From contig OZ234494.1 in assembly GCA_965153455.1 (NCBI GenBank), forward strand, positions 7,688,001 to 7,752,000: a DNA stretch of 64,000 bases, in the 5' to 3' direction. Numbering within the stretch: the stretch's first letter is position 1; every line of letters starts with the position of its first letter. Position numbers and translations under genes: made by a program. Origin of the DNA: Sphagnum compactum. Its lineage: Eukaryota. The notes beneath the pieces are model-generated. The model saw nothing but the letters and a program-made list of their open reading frames with translations. It had not been told where the DNA came from and did no database searches. Below, piece after piece: positions 1 to 13,262 of the stretch.

Positions 1-2750
1 GTGAGTATTACAAATTATTTCATCAACAAATGTCCAACATGAACAAATCAAGAGGTGACACTAAAACATCTTTTTATTAAATGACAACCAAATGTTAAAC
101 ATTTATGTGTCTTTGCAAGTGAAACATCAACTCACATTGATAAGAGTGCTTAATAAAAACTAGACTTGAAGATAGTTCAATGCATGTTGGTTGGATATGA
201 TGAAAATTAAAAACCAACTAATGTTTTCATCTTCAAACAAAATGGATAATTTATATTGCAATGTGAAATCCAATGAAACAATTGGTGGTGTATCACAAGA
301 TACAATGAATCCATTAAAAGGAAAAGTTACCATTTTTATTGGAACATTATATAGCACTCGAAAGAAACAAAGGACCAATGGACATAAGATCAAAACCATT
401 GTTAAAGAGGTTAGAGGTGTTTTTGGGGCATACATGAGATGGAGGATTGCAAAAACAACCACCAAAATGCAAAACATTAGGTGATTATCTTTTTATTCAA
501 ATTGACTTGTTTAGTTTTTATCATGCAGTAGGTGAAGATAAATCGATCTTCAATCACCAACAATATTAAGGATAACAAAACCAAGAAGGTCAAGATGAGT
601 CTCTAGACCATTGCTTAGGTTTGATAATTACATTGTAGGAACCTTGATTTGTCAAGTGAACCTCAATTTGATGAATCAAAATGACAATTTAATGAATGGA
701 AAGTTATAATGGATTCTAAAATAGATTCAATACAAAGGAATCAAACATGGGATTTAATGGAGGTGCCAATTGGGAAATGTGCCATCACAACAAAATGGAT
801 ATTCAAGATAATCTTTGATTCATCAAGAAACGTTCAAAAGTTAAGTTTAAGGCAAGACTTGTAGTAGGGTTTTGAACAACTATAAGGCATTAAATTTGAT
901 GAAAATTTTACATTAATAGTAAAGTATTGAGGCTCCATAAAAATAGTTATAGCTCTAGCAACACATAACAAGTGGGATATTAGTTAACTTGATGTCAAAA
1001 CCATTTCTTTTGAATGGGGACCTTTAAGAAGAGGTGTACATCCATCAACCCAAATGTTATGTGTCCCATGGCAATGAACATTTGGGTTACAAGCTATAGA
1101 AAGCACTACAAGGTCTTAAGAAAGCTCCAAGGGCCTAAAACCAAAAAGTTGATAGCTTCTTGGAAAAATAAATATTGCAAAAAAATAAATGAATCACAAC
1201 ATATACTACCCAAATGAAGACATGAAAACCATAATTTTTTTTGTTGTACATTGATGACCTCCTACTAACTAGAGACCATACCAAGAAAATTTCTTGAATC
1301 AAAGAACAACTTGAAAAACAATTTGAACTGGCCAATTTCAAACAACTAAGTTAGTACCTCAAATGGACTTTACTTTTTTGGCCCATACAAATTTTCATGA
1401 GCTATTAAGGTTATGTGGAGGATATGTTGAAAAAATTTGGGCTAAAATTCATGCAATAATCTAATAAGAACTAGTGTGGCTTGTGTCATTGGCCCAAGTG
1501 TGAACGCATTACAAAATAGGGAAACTCAACATGTAAACATTGTTTTGCAATGTATGTATCAATTTTTTGAATAGCCAAATACGAAAGGAAATTGTGCTTG
1601 AATTGAATGGTAAGTCTTCAACTGTTACCACGTTCTCAACTGATTTTTCCTTCCAAAACCTCGTTTTTTGGAATTTATTTGAATTTTTAGTGGCATAAAT
1701 CACTTAAAAATCAATATTTCCCACATTTTGAATCCAAATCTTACCAAATAAATTTCATTAAATCTTCCCATCAAGATCTTTCCAAAAACATCAAATTCAC
1801 ATTCCAATTCTACCGAAATTTTCAACTATGATTTAATTTAATTTTCAATGAAAAAATCATTCAATATTCAAAAACTTTTGCATTGCAAGTCTAAACATCA
1901 TAGAACCAAGCCCATGCACCCCTTCTCGTTGAGAACTTTCCAAAGACACTAAGAACACGATCTAAAACATCCCAATTTAGTGAATCTCATAACTACAAAA
2001 CAAAACAAAACAAACTACCTTCCTTCATAGATAAATTCCAATCGTAAAACAATTGTTACTAACAATAGACATGGGAGAAAAAAATCTAGATGAAACAACA
2101 TGAAAAAGGATGGTGCAAAAGATGATCTATCTAACAAACTTTGAAAATTCAAACATTCTTTTCACAATAGGAGTTGTATGTTGCTACACAACATCACCGC
2201 AAGAACTTCATCTCAATGTGGTGAAATAAATCTTCAAATATTTTAAAGGGACAATAGACTTTGGAATCATATATTGAAAGGAGATAACAACATTCTAGAA
2301 GGATACGTTGATTTAACCTATGCAAAAAAAAATGAAACCAAAAAATCAAATAAAAGCTACCTATTTTGAATAGGCACATGTATCCTACTACACATTTAAA
2401 AGAAAAACCATAGTAGCTAAGTTTTCCATTGAGGTTGAACACTACGCCCTACCAAATTTCAAAGTTATTGAACCCACTTGGTTAAAGATCATGTTGCTGA
2501 AGTTAAGATTTCAACCCAAAAAACCTATGAACTAATTTATCGCAACAACGAAAAAAACTAGTATATCAAATTAGAACTAAATGTACATATAAATACATTA
2601 TCATTATATTAAAGAAAGGATATTGTTAAATGAAATAGATGTCAAACAAGTTCTTACTAACAATGAAATAGCAAATATTTTCACAACATCAATAGGTGTG
2701 CTTTAAGTGAATGAGATATTGAGACATAAATTAAAAATTAAGAATGCCAA
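1..2750 (+). mobile_element. Decayed Ty1/copia LTR-retrotransposon pol (integrase C-terminus/SH3-like region, RT, RNase H), interrupted by a Helitron at 1471-2031
   Basis: Manual translation gives copia motifs broken by many stops and frameshifts: KLDLKIVQCMLVGYD (~155-200), DSIQRNQTWDLMEVPIGKCAITTKWIFK (~724-810), LDVKT.FLNGDL.EEVY (~988-1040), LYIDDLLLT (YVDD motif, ~1244-1270), HLNVVK*IFKYFKGTIDFGIIY (~2208-2275), FSIEVEHY (STEAEY-like, ~2423-2446), YHYIKERILLNEIDVKQVLTNNEIANIFT (~2598-2685). Domain order INT-RT-RH is copia-type. No LTR identified. Confidence 0.9.
1471..2031 (-). mobile_element. Non-autonomous Helitron-like element (561 bp) inserted in the copia RT
   Basis: On the minus strand it starts TC(TATG) at 2031 and ends ...CCACACTAG at 1471. 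An imperfect hairpin (CTTGGGCCAATGACACAAG, 1480-1498) lies just before CTAG. It sits between A and T with no TSD, and copia homology resumes right after 2032. Confidence 0.8.
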
Positions 2751-4319
2751 TCAAGTTGATCAAAGGTATCAAATCATTCGGTAAAAGATTATTTCCCTTT
2801 CAAAGGACAATATGTTAGTCAAGATGATAAGTTGATATAGAAGATTATAAAGATATTAAATTATTGAAGTCCTCACGTAACAACCATTAAAGGAAGAAAA
2901 TTTCGTTATTTAACCTTTCAATGAAAGATAGTCTAATTATACAACCTTGATGAACATAATGCATGTAACCTGGTTGGTTAGTATTCAATATTTCAAGGCA
3001 TTTCATTGGATTGTACCACCCATGAACTCTTTCCAAGATATGTTCATTTTCCCAAACCTAAACAACAAAGAAAGAGAGGTTCTCACATTCAACTTTGGCC
3101 ATATGAAGTCTTTCACTAAATCATGGTTCAAAGGAGGAAACAAGGTTGTTGAACCACATTAAGGATCTATGAACTCAAAGTACACTTCTAAAGAGCCTTC
3201 TATAAAAAATTCACTACTTGTAGAAAAATCTCCATTGACACACATTGCAATTGATGATTCATCATCCACAATTACACCTACAAATTTAACGTATGAACAA
3301 TGAGATAGAATCTAGCAATCAACAAAATTGTTTTTTACAAGAATATGAACAAGATCCAATGTACAAGAAAAAACAACTATCATAACATACATCTTTCCAT
3401 GACTTGACATATAAGTTTAACGTTGGAACCATCAAATGGAGAACCCCTGCTTTACCATAGGAATAAAAATTCTTGAAATTATAAAAAACTTCACTTGGAG
3501 TGAATTTGAGATGTGAAGACAGGTATAGGAATTACCACACCTTCCAATTGATTTGCCACATAAATTTAGACAAGTTGAAATTAATTAAAAAATGAAATGA
3601 ATGAAGTGAAATTCATTAACTTAAATTACTATGAACTTTAAAAGTGAAATAGGTTCACCCCACCTTAGTCATTTCACCTTGCTTAAAATTATGTCACTGT
3701 AGGTCACTATGTAATCATCATGTTTCAATATTAGTTCACATAATTCATCATGAATTAAAGTAATTTTTTAGAATAAAGAGGTTTTTTTAATGTTATTTTT
3801 TTAAATGCCATAGGGGCCTTATCCTTGGGGGGTACCATTAAGAAGGTCACACCCCATTTCTAAGACCCATCCAACTTTAGGACAACATAAAATTCACATA
3901 AAAAAAGCTTTTCATTCCAAATTATTTATCAAAGGGTTACCCAAGTCATGTAGAATTCAAAACTCTAATTAAATTTACAAAAAAATGTGTTTTGATGTGG
4001 AAAATGAATGCATAAAGAAAAAGCTTTAAGAATGTCACACTAGGGATTTATCAGGAACACAAAAGGAATATATTTTTTGAGAATTTTTCTTGGATGTTAA
4101 TTTTTAAGAATATTTCAAATGCTAACCTACTTGATGTCTTTTATAGATAATTGATTGAATCAATTTTCATTCAGTTATGAATTTTTGAAATCACAAGCAT
4201 GAAATCTTAAAGGGCTAATAATGTCAAGAACTCAAATGACAACTATTTTCATCTTTTGTTATTTTAATGATTAGTTTGGATCATTCCCTTGTGCATGTAA
4301 TTTAAGTTGTTCCACCTTA

Positions 4320-4965
4320 ACCTAGTTTTGGCTGTTATAACCTAAGATTTTTTTGACTATTCTAGGTTATTTCGCCCTAGGTTATTAGAGGTTATTTTTA
4401 ACCTAAAATATTTTAAGCTATTCCATTTTATGCTATTATAAATTACTCTACTCTAAGTTATTTTTAACTATTTTACCCAAGGTTACTCTTAACTATTATA
4501 GATTATTTCACCTTAAGTTATTCTAAATTATTCTACCTTAGGCTGTTATAAATTAGTATAAATTATTTTATATTAGGTTATTATATTTTTTACTATTCTA
4601 GGCTATACTTTGCAATAACTTAGTATAATGTAAGGTAAAATAATTTATGATAACATAGAAAAACTCAAAATGAAATAACTTAAAATAATTTAAAATAACC
4701 TGAAATAGTTTAAGTTAAAATACCTTAGGATGGATTAGTTTAAAACAAATGGAAATAACCTAAAATAGCCTAAGGTGAAATACTTTAAAATGAATTAGTT
4801 GAAAATAAATGAAATTCACCTAAATTAACCTAGGGTGAAATAACCTAAAGTGGATTAATTTATAATAGTTAAAAATGATTTAAAATAGCCTAGGGTGAAA
4901 TAACATAAAGTGAATAAATTAAAATAGCTAAAAATAACTTAGGGTGAAATAATTTAAGGGTGAAA
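4320..4965. repeat. Foldback-like structure: two degenerate AT-rich tandem arrays in inverted orientation
   Basis: Left half repeats CTAGGTTATTTC(G/A)CCCTAGG-type units (e.g. 4362-4381). Right half repeats the reverse complement CCTAGGGTGAAATAACCTAA (e.g. 4829-4848, ~4889-4904). The symmetry centre is near 4620. A similar array lies at ~5670-5900. Confidence 0.65.
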
Positions 4966-7900
4966 ACATACTACATTGTCCATATCATGTTATCATAAGG
5001 CAATTTTTGCAAGATTTAAAGATTTAATTGACCATGTGATTAAATAAAAATGATTAAGCTGATATTTGAGGATTCAACGTTATAATGTTATATATATTAT
5101 AATCACATTGTATGAATTTTTTCACTAATTTTTGAATTATCATAACATAATGAACTTTTAAAGAAATGAATTTACAACAATTCATAATCAATGAGTATGG
5201 ACTTCATGCACATTTATATAATTTTTTTATTGAATAATAAACTCAATGATAATATGGTGTGATAACATTGATATTAAGGATGATTTTTTGAGAGGATTTT
5301 GATGACCAAATTATTTTATGTGCCTTGAATTATGGTTTTTTCCCCATTAAATCCTTTTTTTAGTGAAGGTAATAATTTAAAAGCTCATATTTCAGTTTTA
5401 AGTTCGCCATAAGGTAAATTAAGGTTGGAATTTTATAAATAATGACTTTTTAATGATAACTTGCAAAATGGCTTAATGTATGATTCAAGTTATCATATTT
5501 TCACATTGATTCCATAATGTTTAATTTAGGCAATTACGGAATTAATTCATATGTGTTTAAAATTGTTACATCATGTGCTTTCAACTTTAAAATATTGAAA
5601 CATAGCCTAGGACGTAACAATCTTCAATAACATATTGTACTAGGGTATTGTATTTTATGTTATTGCCAAGGGTGAAATAGTCGTTAATAACTTAAAATAA
5701 CATAAGGTAAGACAACTTAGAATAATAAAAAATAACCTAAAGTAGAATAACCTAGAATAGTTTGAAATTAGCCTAAACTCCTAACCTATGGTAGCCTAGG
5801 AATAATTTGTGATAATTTATTAGTATGGGAATAGCTTAAAATAACTTACATTAACCTAAGAATAACTTAAGAATAACGTAAGAACCTAGTTTATAATAGT
5901 TTACACATAGGTTAAAGAAAGAATGTGCATAATAATATCTAGTGAAAATTCATTTCATTTATTGAATAATGGTTCAATGGTTAAAGACTTAGTCCTTAAG
6001 CATGAAAATGAAGGGGTCATTAGACTTTCACATTTGCACCTTAAGTTGATAAGTTAGGTTGATCAAGTGTGCTTAAGTTAAGTTAAGTTTTTAACCTAAC
6101 CAAGTTATGAATTAGAAATCTAATTTAAAAACTAAATATTAATGAATTTAATTAGTTATTAATGAATCGATTAGTTATTAGTGAATTCACTTGTTTGTAA
6201 CAATTGGTCCTTGTTCATTACAAATTTGTTCATATTCACTCAAAATCTAGTGAAATGTAAAATGAATTAAAACACATATTAATGTAGTGTAAATTTTTCA
6301 TTTTGTAAATGATATTGATAGAGTCTAAATAAGGTTCAGGATCCATAATCATGCATGTTGTATCGATCTACTTTTTACCACGTTCTATGCACTTATGCAA
6401 TATTTGAAACCTTTCACTAATTAGTGTTAGGTGGTTTGGCCTGGATAAATAAGCTAAATCTAGGCATTGCTGATCATTATATCAAACTTTAAGTTAACAT
6501 TCATATTTCTATACATACTTCATAACTTTTCTTATAAATTCAACACTTTCTTTTCTTTTGAAGTTTACAAGAAATCTTGTATTATTTCTAAATGCATTAA
6601 TGTTTGATGAAACCATTGGTCACCAGACTACAACCAAAATTGCTGATTTTTTTTCACCAATTGTTGTTAGAAGCAGTCTCATGGTCACTACTTATTAAGT
6701 AACACCTCAAATATATGTCAATTGCAATGAGTTCTAAGTTTTGTGAAAATTATGACCATGTGAAGAGTTATTGAAAGTATAGGAAATAACGTCTTTGGAG
6801 GGTATGATAACGAAATTAAAGGAGCTTGCCAAAAACTTCAAAAACCAATTTATTTTAGGTTTTTGCCCCTTTCTTTTTATTCGTACAAAAGTTTGATTGA
6901 AGAAAGATCAAATGTTTGTTCCCCCCTTCTTTTAATTTTTCCTTGTAATACCCAATGGGTGCCTACTGAATTTCATGGGACAACAATTTGGAGCATGTCT
7001 TTACATTCAGTAAAGCCCTCAACAACAAGCTTTACTGAATTTAGGCATGCACACGACTTTGGTTCATGTGGGCCCTTGTTTTGGTAAAGCCCCACATTGT
7101 AAGTTGTTGATATTTCAAAGAGAACAAGTGGATGCGAGGTTGACACACGTTTAGAAGATTAATTAGAAGAGGAGTCTTTAAAACGTTGTTTTGAGAAAGA
7201 TGAGATTTCATATGTGAGCAAAAAAATTCATTGAATCATTTTTTTTTCATTCAATATGTAATCCGTGTACACATGTACTATATGCATTGTTCTTTCAAAA
7301 TAAATAGGGTCAATAAAATAATGGTGTGGTAGCCCATACCTATTTGAAAAAAAAAAAAAGAACCACTCACCTTCTTCCCTCACCTATTCTCTAACTGCCA
7401 ATTCTCATAACACAAATAACTATTTCTATATGGGTTTGTTTATGTGTTTGAAAAAGAAGTAACCAACAAACGCTCACAGGAGAGATCTTACACTTACCTC
7501 TTTAAGTGCGGGAGGGATTAAGTGTAGGGCAACCACTAAAAACCTTGGGTTAGTGCATTCCCAAAATTAGGTGCCTAAGGGGAAAGGATGGGTAAAGATG
7601 CTGGGTCAAGGCATTCTGAACATAAAGGGGTCTAGGACAAGGCCATAGCCAAGTCCAGCCTTGCATTTTGGGGATGTCCCCCCCCCCACTCATGAGATTC
7701 ACCTATTGTAGAGCAAGAGAAGAACCATTATCATGGTCTTTAGCATATGTACACCACAAGGTGTACATGGGGACAATTCTTACACTTACTCATTAGGAAT
7801 GAAGGGATCTAAAAATAGACATAATTTTCATCCCACTCTTAAGGAATGTAAGGTTGCTTCTCTTTCATCAAAGGGATATTTATGTGTGTAGGGCAAAGAC

Positions 7901-8172
7901 CTTGATTATGGGCTGTACACAGAGTAAAGACCTACTCTAATTTTTTTTCTAATTTTTTCCCTACGATACTTGGTGGTGTTATGGGAAAAGGACAAAATGT
8001 GAAGCTTTTTGAAAAATGGAATGCCTTTTGAAGCATATATTCTGTTATTTTAAATGCCCTGCCAACAACAGAAGAAAAATTACACTTAGTAATGCACCTA
8101 TAGCCTAGGAAGGGGTCTAGAACTATGAGGATTAAATTTTTATTAAATTTTTTTAACAAATAGGTAGACCAT

Positions 8173-8610
8173 GGAGCTTTTCCTAATTATGTTGGGTAAT
8201 AAAATGGGTCTTGCTCTTACCAAAATGATCCTTTCTGTTTTGTTCATAGAGCATATAAATCCCCTAAAATGTATATAAACTAAAACCAATAATAGAGAGG
8301 TAAAAATAGGTATTATAATACCATGAAAAAAAGGAGCGCCTATGAGAACATCTCTACTTACCAACCATTGAAATAGTATGGGTGCTGTCGTGCCACCAAG
8401 CACAACCATAAAGATAAGAAAATAAAAAGTTCTGTAGTTGGACCATCTGTTCTATTTGTTTTTGGTATTTTCGCCCCTTCAAACAATAAAATACGAGATA
8501 AAAGACAAAGCAAAAAAAGATTTTTTTCGATATGAGTGTTTTTTTTGAACCTTTAAACTCTATCTCTCCTAAGCCCTCCGCAAATGCTTTGCGCCCCTCT
8601 AGTACCCTCA
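8173..8610 (-). pseudogene. ccmFC: NUMT: mitochondrial ccmFC 5' fragment (cytochrome c maturation Fc) plus ~160 bp of probable upstream mitochondrial sequence
   Basis: ATG at 8446 gives MVQLQNFLF. A frameshift then leads into MVVLGGTTAPILFQWLVSRDVLIGAPFFHGIIIPIFTSLLLVLVYIHFRGFICSMNKTERIILVRARPILLPNIIRKSS (to 8173), which matches the plant mitochondrial CcmFC N-terminus. Homology is truncated after KSS. The upstream boundary (~8610) is approximate. Confidence 0.88.
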
Positions 8611-10720
8611 ATTAAACATACTTCAAAACAACACTTGCAATATTCATCATTCACATGATTTCCAACATGAGACTTTACATTCTTTTGGGATAGGATCATC
8701 CATGTGCTTAAAGTCGAATCTTTATGTGAAACTACATCCCAAGGGAATTCATCACATGCATTTAAAAATTCTCCTTTATGGGGATCACTCACCAGAAGAC
8801 TATAAAGTTTCCACAATGGTATTCACAATAATTCCCACTTTTTTTTTTTTTGAAGCTTCCTATTCACATATGATACTTATACAAGTCTTGATCAAATTAA
8901 CAACATAAAATTATTGAATGCAAATTATGAATCAAAAGCTCCAATTTCTACCCCTTCTATACTTGAAGGAAAGATGTGGATGAGTAGTCAACCACATTTA
9001 TCTACATTTATTCCCCAGGTATCAAACCAATTATCAAATGTCACTTATTATTTTTCATCCTTTTATGGAATAGGTTTTATATTATTTGGAGTCTAGGATT
9101 TTATGAAGTCCACATATTTGACCTTCCATTATTACAAACTTGAAATAATTATTTAAATTATTCATAATCAACCCTTATGCCCCTAGTCAAAAAATTCTCT
9201 TTGTAAAGCTATGAGACTAATTATTTTATTCCCCATTTTTATCCATACTATTACCCTAAACAATAATACTATTATTTGAAATTACTAATAATTATTTTGT
9301 TGTTACACACCCTCTGATTATAATGAGTCTTTATGAATTTAAGGTACCCTTCAAACATACCTCAAAATTCATGTAAGTGATTATACTAGGATAAAATTCC
9401 TCCCACTTTCGAGTAGGTGTAAGAACCAAGAACCCTTCCCCTCCTATCGCTCATGATGTCCAGCACGTTTAAGATCATATTAAAGTTCCAATCATGCTCT
9501 TCATGGGTAAAGCCCAAAGGTGAGGGCCATTACCAAAATGAGGGGCTGCAAAAAACAACCCCCATCTGCACTTTTGTTGGAAAAAGGTGACTTCATTTTC
9601 AATGAAAACCTTGAGATTAATGGTTGGTACATTATCTAACCATCATGGTTACCTATGGGACACTCATACAATGAAAAAGTTGATTTTAACCACCACTAAG
9701 TTACCAGGGTGCAACCTTGGTAACTTATCTTGTAAACACTCCTATTTACCTACGTAGCATAAGGGGGAAATAGGAGGGTTTTACAAGATAGTGTGGTAAG
9801 TAATATAGATAAGTAAGTAGGGAATGCAAGCAGTTACTATGTGGGTAGGTCAGTAGGTTAGGCACTTGGTGATTAGTAGGTAGGTAGATGCATGTGGATG
9901 GGTAGTATGTTAGTACATTACAGTGGGTCTGAGAGGGAGAGAGCCTCCCAAGGTGCTGGTGTTTTGGGCGTGTTCTGTTCCAGATTCTCTACTGTAATGA
10001 AGCTCTTGTTTTTTTTGGTTTTGGTCCATGCATTTTTATCATTCTTTTGCATGCCACCTCTTGGCCCCACTCAGACAGCATGGGCCCTATTATTTACCAC
10101 TTCTGTTTTACTCAATATGGGACGCAAAATAATTCAAAAAGTGGAACAGAAAAAAAAGGTTGAAATTTTCAACCTTAAAAAGAAATTGTTTTTTTTTTTC
10201 ACACTTTCTTTTGGGACCAAAAACTTGAGAAATTTCTAAAAAATATGTGTCTTTTCTACCGTCAATTTGACTGATTTTGCTAATTTTGGAAAATTTTGCC
10301 AAATTTTCAAGATCATAAAATTGAAAAAAGAAACCTTGCTAGAAGTAGGGGAAACACCATTTGATAAAGGATTGACGTGTTGAACTAATGAAAGATAAGA
10401 AAATCAGAATTTTTCTAACCAGACATACATAAAATTTAAACACATTTGAGTTGTCTGTCTCAAAGGAAAAACAATTACACGCAAAAAAAAGAATGATTGA
10501 TTTAATAAAAATATATTCTTGTGATCTTGACATAGAAGTAAAGTGTCACAACCATGAGTTCAACTTTTGATCCATTGCAGATTCCACTTTCAGTTTTCTT
10601 GTTGCATTGTCTTGGATGCACACAAAACAATTTGGGATCCAAATACTTTGGAAAGCAGGATACAGTGGCTCACAAGGTCTTCAAATGATATTGAGCATTA
10701 AAAAGGTTTTCCTTTCGCGA

Positions 10721-10886
10721 AATTTTCAACATGTTCAAAGGCAAGCAAATAATGTACAAGCACACTTAAACATCAAGCCAATAAACCAGTTTTAAAAGGT
10801 TGTCCTTTTGCAAAAAAAATCAACATTTTTCAAAGGTAAGCAAAAAATGTACAAGCACATTTAAATGTCAAGCCAATAAACCAATT
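10721..10886 (+). repeat. Imperfect direct repeat, 2 copies of ~70 bp
   Basis: TCAACA..TTCAAAGG(C/T)AAGCAAA.AATGTACAAGCACA.TTAAA..TCAAGCCAATAAACCA occurs at ~10726 and ~10820. Confidence 0.75.
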
Positions 10887-12429
10887 GGTTAGGAGTATCA
10901 ATGGCCAGTGACCATATCAATTACCATGCAACTGATTTGAAGTGTTTTCACCTGTATAGCCCATTCTAAATGTTACTACAATAGTGAATTGAACTGTAAT
11001 ATGGTCACTGGATAGACTAATAACCATAGACTATACTCCAAAGTTTTAAAACAAGTGCGCAAAAACTTGCCCATTAAACAATCATAACAAAATTTCCAAC
11101 TTCAATTTAATAGATTGAATAATGAAAAGCTAAGGTTTTTTGAATTATCTCATTGGTTGATGGGCAAACATGTTGAAATTGAGTTGGCAATTTTGAATAC
11201 CATGGGCCACCTGAACTTGAAGGTTTCTCAAGATTGAGTGAGCTCACAAAATTTGTCAAAATGTTTTTGTTCTTTATGAATTGTTTGTTAGGAGTTGTCC
11301 CCATGCCACCCATTCATGCTTGCATTACCATTGTGGGGTGGGTATTTGATTCAACACCAAACCCTTGTTGGGTATCAACTTGGGTGTAAAATTCTAAAAA
11401 TCTTGAAATCACTTCATACCTAGACATATTTCAAACTAACTACTGGGCCCAACCTCATATTTGGCAATCTAATTTTTCCAAATACCCATATCCAATTTGA
11501 CTCAACTCAAAAAATGGGTACAAGTATTAGTCAAAAACCTAAAAACCTAAAACTATTTAAATAATCATTGGAGTTCTTATTTAAGGTTAAGGTTGCAAGT
11601 TGCAATGGAGTATATATTTTGTGTTTTGTGTTTTGTGTTTTTTTTCCTTCCCATTGCTTTTGACTTTTGGTGCTTGCACTTTGGCTTTTCGTTTTGCTCT
11701 ATGATGTTGCAGGAAACACCAAAGTTTGTGGATGTTGTCATTGTGTTGAAAATCACATTTCAAAATAGAGGTGAGGTTTAGGGTTTGTGAATAAACAAGC
11801 TTGTTTTATTGTTTTGTTATTTCTCTTTGAGTGCTAAAGAGCTTTTGATTTCCACCATTGTTTTGTTGTTTATTGCACTTTGAAAGGCTTATGAAATGCA
11901 ACAACAATGGTGAAGAATTTCGATAAATTGTTATTATTAAAAAATTGATTTTTTTAATGTTGCATGTTGAATTTTAGGCTATAACATGTTTATTGTGTAT
12001 TCATTGCATCACCTGAGACAACTCCATGAATCAACAATAGTTGGGGGACTATAAAAAAATTTGTTCTTGAACTCTCTCACAACGTATCGATTGTTTGTTT
12101 TTCGAATATTTTTAAAACCTTAACAATTGAAGATCAATCATGATTGTCTATAATTTTAGTTTCCCTCTCATTGATTTTTTAACATTGTCATTATGTTTTT
12201 TTATTGTCACTTCTAATCTTTCATTCTATTGTTACAATCGACAATCAATGGAGCTTTTCTTCAAGGCCATTGGTCAACATTCTTGTCTAAATCCTAATTT
12301 AAAAACCTCACAAGCTTTTGCAAGAAGTGATAACAACAATAATGTGCAACCCTTGCATGAAATTAGAGAGTTGTAGACTTTTGAAATAATTGTTGTTGAT
12401 GAATCTTACATAGTTGAAATGCACATATG

Positions 12430-13262
12430 GAGTTTGCCAAAAGAAGGTTTGGCTTGGAAGCCTCACAACCATACTTCTGTGACATGGGCATTTTTTAAAA
12501 TGAACAATAACCAGGCCATTAACCTTTTTCAAAATCAAGCCATGTGATATATAGTTTGCCACGATGAAATTGTTGGTCTTGAAATCCTAACCTTGCACAC
12601 AAGGTCACAAAAAGGTTTAATTGTTTACCACAAGCCCAATGGAATAACAAACATAAAAAAACATGTTGATCTTGAACACATTATGTCAATTAATGCATAT
12701 GTTTCAAACAAACAAATTGCCCATTGGGGTGGTTTAATGGATCATGAGCCACCCAAAAAAAAACTTGTGTAAGCCCAATTATTGCCATTTTTGGGTTTTT
12801 TGTAATTTTTAATTAGTTAAAAAAGGATCATGAAACACAAATTGATTTTTTGGAGGATGTCATGTTATTCATAATAAAAAGTTTATGCCTATGAAGACAA
12901 TGGAATCCATTTGGCTCTAGAGCTTGACGTACAAGCTATACCCAAGGGGGTGTTCCTAAGCCAAAAACATTTTGTGGAATAGGTTTTACTGCATTGGTGG
13001 AGAAAACAATGGTAACATATGTGCAAGCAACATTGGCTTCATGTTTATCTATCATTTGCATTTTTCATTTATGGATGTTGAAAGGGGCTCATGACATTTT
13101 GCTGTTGTTGAACTAATTCATTTTAGCAACTAGGAGGCCAAACATAAATTACAACTTACCATTGGATTGTTTGAAGTTATTGACATCAACGGTGCAACTA
13201 GATGGCTCCTAAACTACATTAGCTTCTTGATCAATTTTCCTTCATTCATAAAGTTTTGGCTT
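12430..13262 (+). mobile_element. Decayed hAT-superfamily transposase, N-terminal half (BED-like Zn finger and start of the catalytic domain)
   Basis: Translation gives WKPHNHTSVTWAFFK...IVCH...KGLIVYHKPNGITNIKKHVDLEH (BED-like), FLEDVMLFIIK, MESIWL, IFHLWMLKGAHDIF (degenerate FDLWMS, first catalytic Asp region) and LTIGLFEVIDING. It ends abruptly at the AT-rich block starting at 13262. Confidence 0.7.

Noticed and set aside
2780-3480. Possible second copia fragment
   Set aside because: Only faint similarity (..TFNE..) and no diagnostic motif.
5965-6040. tRNA/SINE-like A-box (TGGTTCAATGGTTAAAGAC)
   Set aside because: No convincing B-box or cloverleaf; at most a highly decayed repeat.
7486-9425. 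TCTTACAC..GGGAGG motifs in inverted orientation flanking the NUMT (possible TIRs or LTR ends capturing ccmFC)
   Set aside because: The similarity is short and gapped, extra copies occur at ~7779 and ~7831, and there is no TSD. Independent small repeats explain it better.
10560-11320. Possible further hAT/DUF659 transposase remnants on the minus strand (YLDPKLF-like motif)
   Set aside because: The motifs are too degenerate and in inconsistent order to support a call.
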